A stretch of DNA of 64,000 bases from Phycisphaeraceae bacterium (GTDB lineage Bacteria; Planctomycetota; Phycisphaerae; Phycisphaerales; Phycisphaeraceae): positions 4,416,001 through 4,480,000 of the forward strand of contig OY771506.1 of NCBI GenBank assembly GCA_963674705.1, in the 5' to 3' direction. Numbering within the stretch: the first letter of the stretch is position 1; the number at the start of each line of letters is the position of its first letter. This document shows positions 42,671-51,321 of the stretch, piece after piece. A program made the position numbers and the translations under genes. A model generated the notes under the pieces. It did not search any database. It saw nothing but the letters and a program-made list of their open reading frames with translations, and was not told the origin of the DNA.

Positions 42671-42826
42671 TTATTGTGATTGCATACGAACCTCTTCTGA
42701 GGTCAATGCTTTGTTTTTGGTAATCGATCGTCTTGACGTCCACCAGATTGTCACTGCATACCCCCACATCAAACCGATCGCCACGATGTATGCAAGAATG
42801 GTGTGCTGGAGTGGATCCATATTCAT
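42671..42826 (-). CDS. ccmD: CcmD-like small membrane protein (51 aa, absent from the ORF track)
   Basis: Manual translation MNMDPLQHTILAYIVAIGLMWGYAVTIWWTSRRSITKNKALTSEEVRMQSQ; ATGA overlap with the ccmC stop; GGAGG RBS; one TM segment plus charged tail. Confidence 0.7.
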   Translation of the reverse strand: MNMDPLQHTILAYIVAIGLMWGYAVTIWWTSRRSITKNKALTSEEVRMQSQ

Positions 42827-43539
42827 GCGACACCTCCAAGCCGACCCCTTACGATACTTTGAGACTCGTGTTGCCCACCGTCTTCAAGTTCTTCATGCTG
42901 AACTCGTTGTAGCAGGAAACGTGCAATAACTAAACCCACAGAGATCATGGTGACCGGTATCATGCAGACAAGGAGCGTCCACTTCATTTCTGTAGTCAGC
43001 GTGATCGATGAGGGATGGATGTCAGGCATCAACTTGACAGACAAGTAAACCAACGGCACATCAACAAAAGCCACGATTCCATATACTGCACTCACCAATG
43101 CCCTACGCTGTCGGGATTCGATTGATGGGCGTATCACAAGATAGGCCACGTACAGTAACCAGAGCACAAGACTGAAGGTTAAGCGCGGGCTCCAGGTCCA
43201 CCATACACCCCATGCACTGTGCCCCCAGATCATACCTGTCAGTAGAACCACACCACACAGTAGTACGGCGACCTTTGCTGACGACACTGCCAGATCGTCC
43301 CATACCTGTCGTCTTTGCCAAAGGTAGCCGACCGATGCGATGAAACAGACCAGGCAAGCCAGGAATGTATTAATGGCCACGGGCAAATGGAGATAGAATA
43401 CTTTTTGCACGATGCCCATCGTTTCTTCGACAGGTGTCCAGAAGAAAATCATGGCGGTCGCGACAGTAAACAACATCGCGGTCACCAGCCAGTATATTGC
43501 CCATATTGTCCCACTTATATGTTTCATCACAAATCCCAA
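42823..43539 (-). CDS. ccmC: Heme exporter/chaperone-loading protein CcmC
   Basis: FYLHLP, Trp-rich WGHSAWGVWWTWSPRLT, DIHP. Confidence 0.9.
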   Translation of the reverse strand: MGFVMKHISGTIWAIYWLVTAMLFTVATAMIFFWTPVEETMGIVQKVFYLHLPVAINTFLACLVCFIASVGYLWQRRQVWDDLAVSSAKVAVLLCGVVLLTGMIWGHSAWGVWWTWSPRLTFSLVLWLLYVAYLVIRPSIESRQRRALVSAVYGIVAFVDVPLVYLSVKLMPDIHPSSITLTTEMKWTLLVCMIPVTMISVGLVIARFLLQRVQHEELEDGGQHESQSIVRGRLGGVA

Positions 43540-44217
43540 TCATGGTTCGAGGATCAACTCAAACACGAGCCAACTCACAGTCAGGTATATCGCATCGAAT
43601 GCAATCAAGACCAAAACGCCAGTGGTATTAAAAGGTTCGTTGTCACCAAATAGGCGCATCATCATTTGAGTGGAAACGATCACTAAAGGCAGAGATACCG
43701 GAAAGATAAGGATAGCCAACAATCCACCCTGCAGGCGCGTCGAACTGACTGCAGCTGAGAACAACGTGCCGACGGCTGCAAATCCTACAAAACCTCCAGC
43801 CATGATCGCGACAAACCCGATCGGCGAAGCGGACAAATCGAAGCCAAACATGATCACCGCAACCGGTGTTACGACCAGCGATAGCGCGACCATCAATATC
43901 AGGTTGCTCAGTAATTTACCTGCATAAATTGCACCGCGATCAACAGGTGCCAACATGAGTCCGGCTAATGCGCCATCATGTCGCTCGACAGCCATGGTTT
44001 TTTCAAAGCACAAGACTCCGCCGAAAAGGTAGGCGACCCATAGGACCGCCGTCGCTGCGATTCCAGACTTGACCTGCTCTGGTCCTAGACCAAGACCGAG
44101 TACTACAACGATCAGCACACCCAGTACAACCACCAGTCCAAGCGTCTGTCGGCTGCGGGCTTCAATACGAAGATCTTTACTACTAATCAGAATGATTTGC
44201 TGGAGCACATGCGTCAT
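43540..44217 (-). CDS. ccmB: Heme exporter permease CcmB
   Basis: KDLRIEARSR, E...G.L.GL.LAP, LL.IL.FPV..P; about six TM segments. Confidence 0.9.
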   Translation of the reverse strand: MTHVLQQIILISSKDLRIEARSRQTLGLVVVLGVLIVVVLGLGLGPEQVKSGIAATAVLWVAYLFGGVLCFEKTMAVERHDGALAGLMLAPVDRGAIYAGKLLSNLILMVALSLVVTPVAVIMFGFDLSASPIGFVAIMAGGFVGFAAVGTLFSAAVSSTRLQGGLLAILIFPVSLPLVIVSTQMMMRLFGDNEPFNTTGVLVLIAFDAIYLTVSWLVFELILEP

Positions 44218-44999
44218 TGCCCGATCACCTCCCGCGTCACCGCTTCCGGATCAGCAAGATGGATCGGCTGGTCACATACAATATGCCCTTGACGCAAGAC
44301 AACCACACGTTTGGCAAGCTCAAGGCTTTGTCTGACATCGTGGTTTGTCAGGATGATGGTTTTACCTTCAGCATTAAGTTCGGCCAGCAGGTTCGTGACA
44401 GACACAACTGAAGGAACATCCAACCCTGAGAACGGTTCATCAGCCAGCATAAGATCAGGGGCATGCATTAAAGCCCGGGCTATGGATAATCTCTGCACCA
44501 TACCTCGGCTGAATGTTTTTACCTGGCTCTTAGCACGCTCCGCTAAATCAACACGTTCGAGCAATTCCATGGCACGCTCTGCGTGTCGTCTGACACCATA
44601 GAGTTTGCCAAAGAAGATAAGGTTCTCGATTGCTGAAAGATCGCGGTATAGCATCGGCTGATGACCGATGACACCGATCCGAGCACGGAGTTTAGGATTC
44701 GGACGATTCGCGGCTTCACCGAAGAGTGATATCCTCCCGGCAGTCGGTTGACTGAGCATCGCGAGTATGTGCAGCAGTGTACTTTTGCCGGCACCATTTG
44801 GTCCAAGCAGCGTCAGATATGAGCCTACCGGCACATTCAAGCTCAGTTTGCGTAGCACCCATCGTTCGTCATACCGCTTACACACTTGATTAAGGCATAC
44901 CGCAAGACCCGCCGATTCACTCTCGGCACGATTAGTTTCTAACACGGGCTCGGCGGTCATGCTGATCATCGGTAGATTAATTAGGTTAACCGGCTGCAC
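44214..44999 (-). CDS. ccmA: ABC ATPase CcmA
   Basis: GPNGAGKST, FSRGM, LADEP; lies in the ccm operon. Confidence 0.85.
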   Translation of the reverse strand: MQPVNLINLPMISMTAEPVLETNRAESESAGLAVCLNQVCKRYDERWVLRKLSLNVPVGSYLTLLGPNGAGKSTLLHILAMLSQPTAGRISLFGEAANRPNPKLRARIGVIGHQPMLYRDLSAIENLIFFGKLYGVRRHAERAMELLERVDLAERAKSQVKTFSRGMVQRLSIARALMHAPDLMLADEPFSGLDVPSVVSVTNLLAELNAEGKTIILTNHDVRQSLELAKRVVVLRQGHIVCDQPIHLADPEAVTREVIGQ

Positions 45000-46047
45000 C
45001 GGTAGGTTCTGGTTTACGGGAGGGTTTCATCATTACAACCAATGCCGCTAGAGCAACCGCTCCCCCACCAATGCCAGCGATCATTTTCATCTGACCCGAT
45101 TGGCCGCTTGCCGGATTTATCAAGGCAGGTGTGGCGGAGGAAGACTGCTCTTCACCGGCCGGCTCTACTTCTATTGTCACACTAATCGGTGTGCCTTTTT
45201 CGAGTTCTTTGCCCATGAACATCCGAAACTGTTTATTCCCGGCCTTGAATGGTTCACCGGCGGTCAGGCCCACCGCTTCAACCTTGGATTCATCGTCGGG
45301 TAGGAATACCATCATCTGCTTGATCGGCGCGTCAACTGTTAATGGCAGCTTGAATACACCATTCACTGGGGCAAGCAGGTAGTTGATGTGTAATTCGTTT
45401 GTACCTGGTATTAGTGGCATACCACTGACAAGTTTGCCATCTTCAACAAGCACATTGTCAGGCGCAAAGCCTCTACCCGGTTGCACGTGGCTGGCGTGCT
45501 GTGGGATCGGCATGGTAATTGTGATCCGTTCGAGCGTTTTCTGTTCAGCTTGGTCCCCCTTTGCAGGTTGTTCAAGGTTTCCGGTTTCGTTAGCGACAAC
45601 TGAATCCCCCGCTTTATCAGCACTTGGAACCTCAACCGGCTTGCCTATGTAACTCTTCTCAGTTGGGTTTACCACCGCCCAAACCTCGGTCACATGCATT
45701 TGATCTTCCATCGGTCGAACAATCAGATGACGAACAGCGACAAACCATTCCGGTTCTACCTCAGTGGTTTCGTAGACAACTTCCGGTGCCTTGGTGACGG
45801 GTGGATGTCCCGCCGGCATCTGGCCGTGGAATCGTTTCACCGGAGGATGGCCTTGAGGCATCTCCGGTTGCCCTTGCGGCGTCTCCTGTTGCCCCCCCGA
45901 CACGGGAGGATGGCCCGGAGGCATTTGTGGAGATTGCTGTGCTTGTTCATCACCCGTGGTTTGCGTCTCTTCAGCGTGCAACGAGCCCGTGGCAAGACAC
46001 AGGGACACGGCGAGAGATAATACGAACAGGAAAGCTATGCGTATCAC
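44986..46047 (-). CDS. Periplasmic membrane-anchored ccm-associated protein with three MPxGHPPV repeats
   Basis: Signal peptide; MPPGHPPV, MPQGHPPV, MPAGHPPV; beta-rich domain; C-terminal TM; overlaps ccmF and ccmA. Confidence 0.7.
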   Translation of the reverse strand: MIRIAFLFVLSLAVSLCLATGSLHAEETQTTGDEQAQQSPQMPPGHPPVSGGQQETPQGQPEMPQGHPPVKRFHGQMPAGHPPVTKAPEVVYETTEVEPEWFVAVRHLIVRPMEDQMHVTEVWAVVNPTEKSYIGKPVEVPSADKAGDSVVANETGNLEQPAKGDQAEQKTLERITITMPIPQHASHVQPGRGFAPDNVLVEDGKLVSGMPLIPGTNELHINYLLAPVNGVFKLPLTVDAPIKQMMVFLPDDESKVEAVGLTAGEPFKAGNKQFRMFMGKELEKGTPISVTIEVEPAGEEQSSSATPALINPASGQSGQMKMIAGIGGGAVALAALVVMMKPSRKPEPTGAAG

Positions 46048-48146
46048 TTGATCGGCTCCGTTTCTTTGTTACTTATATTTGTATTGATGGTTGAACTGAC
46101 TTCGCAGAGTCCTTCGCCCGCTAGCGCCAGGTGCACCGAAGCGGGCTTACGTTTATTCTGCGATGTAGATTCAGGTGAGGACATAGGACCAGGTACGGTC
46201 TGGCTCATCAAACGTGGCATCAGACAGAACACTGCCCCTATTGACATGACAATCCCACCGATCCAGATCCATGCGACCAGTGGATTAATGATCGCCTGTA
46301 TCGCAACGAGTGAACCGTCTTCATTCCAACCGCCGAGTGTCAGGTAAGTATCACGCAACCATGTGGAGTTTAGTGCAACCTGAGCGCTGGGCTGCTCGGA
46401 CTTGTCATAGAATCGCCGTTGCGGACGCAGTTCAACAGGTGTACCACCATTTGAAGGATACAGGTTGACTTGCGCTTCAACCGCGGTGTAGTTGGCCTGA
46501 CGATTTTGATGTAGGCCGGCGAAGGTGATCGTGTACCCACTGATGCTGGCAGATTCACCCGGTGAGAGTCGGAAGTTCTGCTCGACACCAAAGAGGCTGG
46601 ACCCAGCCACACCGATCATGAATAACACCATACCGATATGAACAAACTGCCCACCATACCTCCGATGGTTACCATCGATTACGTGCAGTGTCGCTGTTAC
46701 TGCCGTTTCCTCCTCAATCTTCAAACGCTGCTTGACCGCATTGGCGAGACCGACGCCTACGCTGAGGATCGACACGGTCGCTATGGCCGCACAGGCCAAC
46801 GCCCAGGGATCTGTCAAGCCTAAAGCGGGCGCTATAACCAGCACTATTGCAGCCGTGATTGCAGGGATCAGCAGCCCTTTAGCAAGGGATCGGCCGGCAT
46901 CCTTGCCATAGGTCAATAAGGGCCCAACCGCCATAACAGCTAACAGTGCCAGGCCCAATGGCAGAACAATCTTGTTGTAGAAATTGGGTCCAACAGTCAC
47001 CGGCTCGGGCAAGACCACACTGCTGATCAGCGGGAAGATCGTACCGACCAGTGTCGTCAAAGTGATGATCACTAACAGAACGTTCACCGCAAGGAACGCG
47101 CCTTCCTTAGTAAACATGCCTTCCAGCGACTTCTCGCTCTTAAGCAGCTTATGGCGCCAAATAATCACCGCCATACTGATGACCACGCACAATCCAAGGA
47201 ATACCAGGAAGAACGTCGCGACCAGCGAACCGCCAAAAGCGTGCACAGACTGAACCACACCACTACGTGTCAGGTAAGTGCCGAAGATGCAGAGCAGGAA
47301 AGTCACCGAAATCAGCACCGCGTTCCAGGTCTTAAACATACCACGCTGCTGCTGGATCATGATCGAATGCAATAGTGCGGTGCCGGTCAGCCAGGGCAGG
47401 AGCGATGCATTTTCGACGGGGTCCCACGCCCAGTAGCCGCCCCAGCCCAACTCGATATATGCCCACTTAGCACCTAAGAGGATCCCGATGGTCAGGAACA
47501 GCCAAGACACCATCAGCCATTTACGTGTCGCACCGATCCACTGGTTATCTTTTCGCCCAGCGATCAAAGCCGCCAAGAGCATCGCCCAGGGGATTGTGTA
47601 CGCGGCATAACCGACGAACAGTAACGGCGGGTGGATGATCATGTACGGGTCTTGAAGCAATGGATTAAGACCACGGCCATCTACTGCCCTCACCGGTAAC
47701 TGCTCAAATGGATTGGCTGCGAACAACATCAAGGCCGCAAAGAATCCGCAGACCATTGCCAGTATCCTGATCATCACAGCCTGCTCGATGGTTTCACGCT
47801 TACTGTAGCTATACACTGCAACAGCACTCATACCCGCCAGCAACAGTGTCCAAAGCATCAGGCTGCCTTCCTGGCCGGCCCAGAAAGCAGCGATCTTATA
47901 GCCGGTGGGTAAAGCTTTTTCTGTATAGCTGGCGACGTATGCGTTCTGGAAGTCGCTGTTAATCAAGGCCGACAAGAGCGACCAACAGCTAAGCACAATC
48001 ATCACAACGTAAACATAAATCAACCGTCTTGCCCAGAGCAGCGCACCAGTCAGTCCATCCTTAGCCGCAAGCGCAGAGCAAAAAAACGCTCCAGCAGCTA
48101 TGAGCATCGCCCCAATCAAGCTGATGTAACCCATATCTGCTGTCAT
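46044..48146 (-). CDS. ccmF: Cytochrome c heme lyase CcmF
   Basis: WAGQEGSL, GLNPLLQ, IHPP, WGGYWAWDPVEN, TRSG..SVHAF. Confidence 0.95.
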   Translation of the reverse strand: MTADMGYISLIGAMLIAAGAFFCSALAAKDGLTGALLWARRLIYVYVVMIVLSCWSLLSALINSDFQNAYVASYTEKALPTGYKIAAFWAGQEGSLMLWTLLLAGMSAVAVYSYSKRETIEQAVMIRILAMVCGFFAALMLFAANPFEQLPVRAVDGRGLNPLLQDPYMIIHPPLLFVGYAAYTIPWAMLLAALIAGRKDNQWIGATRKWLMVSWLFLTIGILLGAKWAYIELGWGGYWAWDPVENASLLPWLTGTALLHSIMIQQQRGMFKTWNAVLISVTFLLCIFGTYLTRSGVVQSVHAFGGSLVATFFLVFLGLCVVISMAVIIWRHKLLKSEKSLEGMFTKEGAFLAVNVLLVIITLTTLVGTIFPLISSVVLPEPVTVGPNFYNKIVLPLGLALLAVMAVGPLLTYGKDAGRSLAKGLLIPAITAAIVLVIAPALGLTDPWALACAAIATVSILSVGVGLANAVKQRLKIEEETAVTATLHVIDGNHRRYGGQFVHIGMVLFMIGVAGSSLFGVEQNFRLSPGESASISGYTITFAGLHQNRQANYTAVEAQVNLYPSNGGTPVELRPQRRFYDKSEQPSAQVALNSTWLRDTYLTLGGWNEDGSLVAIQAIINPLVAWIWIGGIVMSIGAVFCLMPRLMSQTVPGPMSSPESTSQNKRKPASVHLALAGEGLCEVSSTINTNISNKETEPIK

Positions 48147-48559
48147 TGGATCGCCTCAATACGCTTTTCGTGTTCTTCTGACTGGTATTTGCTGGCACAT
48201 TTGGTCATCAGCGTGTCAGCCTGAAAGACACCGACTTCATCGAGTTTGCCCTCGACCATCACCTCACAACCAGGTTTGAAGGTATCCGGAACGACGCCTT
48301 CAAAATGGACCGGCACGCTATTGCTGGTGCCGCGCAGATCAAATGACGCCGTAAGCATGGCCGGTTGAACCTCAACTTTGTCTTCGTCCACCAGGCCATA
48401 CAACCGGACACGACGATGCTGGTAGCTGTCGTCCAGGACGAAGTCATCTACGTGCATGTAGTAGACCCAGCCGCTCTTGACTCCCGCGACGGCCAGGTAA
48501 CTTACCGAGGCGACCAATACCAGCCCCACAATCAACATTTTGATACGAACGTGTGTCAT
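48143..48559 (-). CDS. ccmE: Heme chaperone CcmE, Cys-type (CxxxY)
   Basis: N-terminal TM, VRLYG, VPDTFK, VEG, LMTKCASKY. Confidence 0.9.
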   Translation of the reverse strand: MTHVRIKMLIVGLVLVASVSYLAVAGVKSGWVYYMHVDDFVLDDSYQHRRVRLYGLVDEDKVEVQPAMLTASFDLRGTSNSVPVHFEGVVPDTFKPGCEVMVEGKLDEVGVFQADTLMTKCASKYQSEEHEKRIEAIQ

Positions 48560-48595
48560 AGCCCGTCCCTTTACACAAAGTTCCGGGATACATAT

Positions 48596-48612
48596 CACAA
48601 AGTCGATGCCAA
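48596..48612 (-). promoter_or_regulatory. Degenerate sigma54-like promoter for the ccm operon
   Basis: TTGGCATCGACTTTGTG: GG-N10-GT instead of GC. Confidence 0.3.
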
Positions 48613-48908
48613 ACCATTTTTCGATGAAACCAAGGCATCCGGAATGTAAATGTACTGTAAATAAAGTACTTGCGACACAGACGTCGGATCCTCGCCTACC
48701 GGATGTCGCCCCCCGAATCTCAAGGTTGAGAATCAGAATTCAGGGTCCATCCTGCCACCGGGAAGATGGGCCATTTAGCACAGATAGCTGTATTCCAATC
48801 TCCGGGAATTCCGATTCCCCTGCTTTCTTACTGTTGGGTAACAGCTAACTAATGAGTGTTTTGGAGGGCCGATTTCAGGCTAAAAAAGGCACATTATCTT
48901 TTATTGGG

Positions 48909-48924
48909 TGGTACAGCTCTTGCA
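48909..48924 (+). promoter_or_regulatory. Putative sigma54 (-24/-12) promoter for the OmcE-like gene
   Basis: TGGTACAGCTCTTGCA: GG-N10-GC. Confidence 0.6.
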
Positions 48925-49227
48925 TTAGGTACCGGAGAAGGTCTCTATTTAAAGCGAGAAACACATGTCCACCATTCAGGCACAATCAGGTCCCATCGGG
49001 ACACCATCACTTGAAAGGGCGCCACCGGGTGGGCGGGATTGGATTGAGAGACGCCGGTCGCCTTGAGGGGGGGCCGGCCCAGTGATCTGTTCTTTGAATC
49101 GTGAATTTACCCAGTTTGAAAAATAAGACGCCCCGGCCGAAACGCCTACACGCATGACACGGCAAGCGAATCGAACCGAGGCGACAGCCACTTAGGCCAA
49201 AAACATCATATGTAAGGAGAGGCCTCA

Positions 49228-49833
49228 ATGAAAACAAAACTACTCGTCGGAGCAATCGCGGTGGCGGGTCTTGCGTTCGGGATGAACGGCACATCATATG
49301 CCGCCCACTCGGACCATGGCTGCGTTAACTGCCATATGCCCCACAAGTCCGGCGACCCAACTGATCCCGATGCCTACGGTGTGCCCCTGTGGAGCACCGC
49401 CCAGACAGCGGATGGATTGCCGACCTTCGATCTGTACACCAGCGCCAGCTTAGACGCGACAGACGTCAGCCAGCCCAGTGGCCCCAGCAAGCTATGCCTG
49501 GGTTGCCACGACGGCAGCTACGCCGTCTTCAGCTACATCCCCGACTCCGAAGCCATCTTCGAGACCGGCGATCTGGCCAGCTCGCACCCGATTTCGTTCA
49601 CCTATGACGACGCACTGGCAACTGCTGACGGTGGTCTGAAGCAACCCAGCACCGTAACCTCGGGCCTGGGCGGCACCATCGCCGAAGACCTGCTCGACTC
49701 ACAGGGCAAGATGCAGTGCACCAGCTGCCATGATGTTCACACCAGCGGACACGGCGATTACTTGTTGAAGTATGACATCGACGCCGCCTCCGAACATGAA
49801 GCCCTGCTCTGCCGGGCTTGTCACAACAAATAA
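49228..49833 (+). CDS. Tetraheme c cytochrome, OmcE-like (candidate nanowire subunit)
   Basis: Signal peptide; CVNCH, CLGCH, CTSCH, CRACH; PLW, LY.S, SKLCLGCHDG, HPISF; strong RBS AAGGAGAGG. Confidence 0.85.
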   Translation: MKTKLLVGAIAVAGLAFGMNGTSYAAHSDHGCVNCHMPHKSGDPTDPDAYGVPLWSTAQTADGLPTFDLYTSASLDATDVSQPSGPSKLCLGCHDGSYAVFSYIPDSEAIFETGDLASSHPISFTYDDALATADGGLKQPSTVTSGLGGTIAEDLLDSQGKMQCTSCHDVHTSGHGDYLLKYDIDAASEHEALLCRACHNK

Positions 49834-49869
49834 GTTCAATCCGTTTCGAGCAGCGTAGAGACCAAATCA

Positions 49870-49908
49870 AAACGGGGCCCGTTCACTTGGCGGGCCCCGT
49901 TTGTTTTT
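49870..49908 (+). terminator. Intrinsic (possibly bidirectional) terminator
   Basis: AAACGGGGCCCG-ttcacttgg-CGGGCCCCGTTT followed by GTTTTT. Confidence 0.85.
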
Positions 49909-49941
49909 AATCTTGCAGACTAGCGTGTATAAGTGCTTCGC

Positions 49942-51036
49942 TTACGGATTCTTCATCTTCCCAAATGCGTAAACGCCGATCTTATTGTCGCCGAATTGAT
50001 TCGCCAGGAATATCAAGTATTCCGGCTCAAATCCCGGGGCCATATATTCCCTGTATAAATCAATACTGGAGCGGTCGATTGTAATCCCCGCAGGCAATCC
50101 CATCCTATCCGGACCGTCTGTAGCGCCGCCAAAAAAGAGCAGTGTTTGGCCTTCAGGGTTGAATAGCTGAACGATTTCCCATTGGGCGTCGGCAATATAG
50201 ATCACGCCATCAGGATCGATCGCAATGCCCTTGGGACGAGCGAAGTAGCCCGGGCGGTCGCCAGGCTCACCGATAAGTTTAAGTAGATTCCCTTCAGGAT
50301 TGAATACCTTGACTGTGCTGAGTTCTGAGTCGACAACGTAGATATTCCCGTCCGGTCCAATAGCAAGATTCGTTGGATAGCGAAGCTGATCCGGCTCGCG
50401 CCCTTTGCTGGAGAAGCTACGAAGCAACTCGCCGCTGGATTTAGACCAGACTTCGATCTTGCACTGCTTGATGTTACAGACATACAACTGATCACCGTCA
50501 ATAGCTACATCAATCGGCACACAACGGACAGGATCACCCATTGCACGGACAAAGCGGTCATTGGCATCAAACACCAGAATCTGTGACTTCTGAGGATGAG
50601 TATCACAGATATACTTCGTGCCGTCCTTGTCGATAGTGATATTGACCGGGCCAAAGAAGCTGTCTTCCTGACCCAAGCGTGAATAGGTCTTGTTCGCCAA
50701 GTCGTAGATATGCACGCAATGTAACGGGATGTCGCAGACATACAGCTTCTGATTGTAGACGGCCAGACCATAAGGCCCGTGCATCTTGTGCGGTGCTTCG
50801 GTCTGCTGCTTATCACCCACAACAAAATCGGCAAAAGAGCTCTTTTTAATCATCCAGCGCTCGGCGTCGCTGAAACTGGTCAGGAACTGCAAACGAGGTT
50901 CAGAAGGCGGCGGCGGGTAGAAGATGGCGTTAGTCTCGACAGTAACCTCCTGCGGAGCTGAGGTACAGCCGCCGACACCTGATAAGACCCACAGCGTGAG
51001 TGAGACAATTAATAACATTCGGGTCCATGCGTTCAT
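49942..51036 (-). CDS. NHL-repeat beta-propeller lipoprotein
   Basis: VGGC lipobox-like; YPPPPSEPRLQFL; repeated P..IAID.DG.IY..D and FARPKGIA. Confidence 0.85.
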   Translation of the reverse strand: MNAWTRMLLIVSLTLWVLSGVGGCTSAPQEVTVETNAIFYPPPPSEPRLQFLTSFSDAERWMIKKSSFADFVVGDKQQTEAPHKMHGPYGLAVYNQKLYVCDIPLHCVHIYDLANKTYSRLGQEDSFFGPVNITIDKDGTKYICDTHPQKSQILVFDANDRFVRAMGDPVRCVPIDVAIDGDQLYVCNIKQCKIEVWSKSSGELLRSFSSKGREPDQLRYPTNLAIGPDGNIYVVDSELSTVKVFNPEGNLLKLIGEPGDRPGYFARPKGIAIDPDGVIYIADAQWEIVQLFNPEGQTLLFFGGATDGPDRMGLPAGITIDRSSIDLYREYMAPGFEPEYLIFLANQFGDNKIGVYAFGKMKNP

Positions 51037-51107
51037 ATCTGATCTCCTGCGGGTCTACCCCTGACATAATGTTCGTGTGTACCGAAAGCTTCGATCCATA
51101 TATCTAC

Positions 51108-51123
51108 TGCAACTGTTGTTCCA
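51108..51123 (-). promoter_or_regulatory. Putative sigma54 promoter for the NHL gene
   Basis: Minus strand TGGAACAACAGTTGCA: GG-N10-GC. Confidence 0.55.
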
Positions 51124-51280
51124 GCAGAAAACCCACTTCACGAGACACAGTCAGCATCTGTCTCTCATTTTTAAGAATAATCGCCCAAACGAAACTGCAG
51201 ATTCTATTTGAAACTATACGTAAACTCTTGGCATACAACAAGATTCGCCGATCAATATCATCGCGGGTAGTAGTCCCAGT

Positions 51281-51296
51281 CGGCACAGACTTTGCC
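51281..51296 (+). promoter_or_regulatory. Putative sigma54 promoter for the decaheme-porin operon
   Basis: CGGCACAGACTTTGCC: GG-N10-GC. Confidence 0.55.
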
Positions 51297-51321
51297 TTAT
51301 ATCGGTGGAGAGGCTGCGCTT

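Noticed and set aside
42651..42839. 62-aa ORF from the track after ccmC
   Set aside because: No TM segment or RBS; the 51-aa ORF in another frame (42671-42826) fits CcmD far better.
48935..49227. c-di-GMP-I/GEMM or c-di-GMP-II riboswitch upstream of the OmcE-like gene
   Set aside because: Only a GACAGCC fragment resembles GEMM; the GGCAAAC..GAAA..GACGCAAA core is absent. Kept only as an unassigned structured-leader candidate.
48540..49297. Short ORFs in the ccmE/cytochrome intergenic region
   Set aside because: No recognisable motifs or RBS; better explained as divergent promoter and leader DNA.
51229..51244. Additional sigma54-like TGGCAT site
   Set aside because: No GC at the -12 position and no TT before it.
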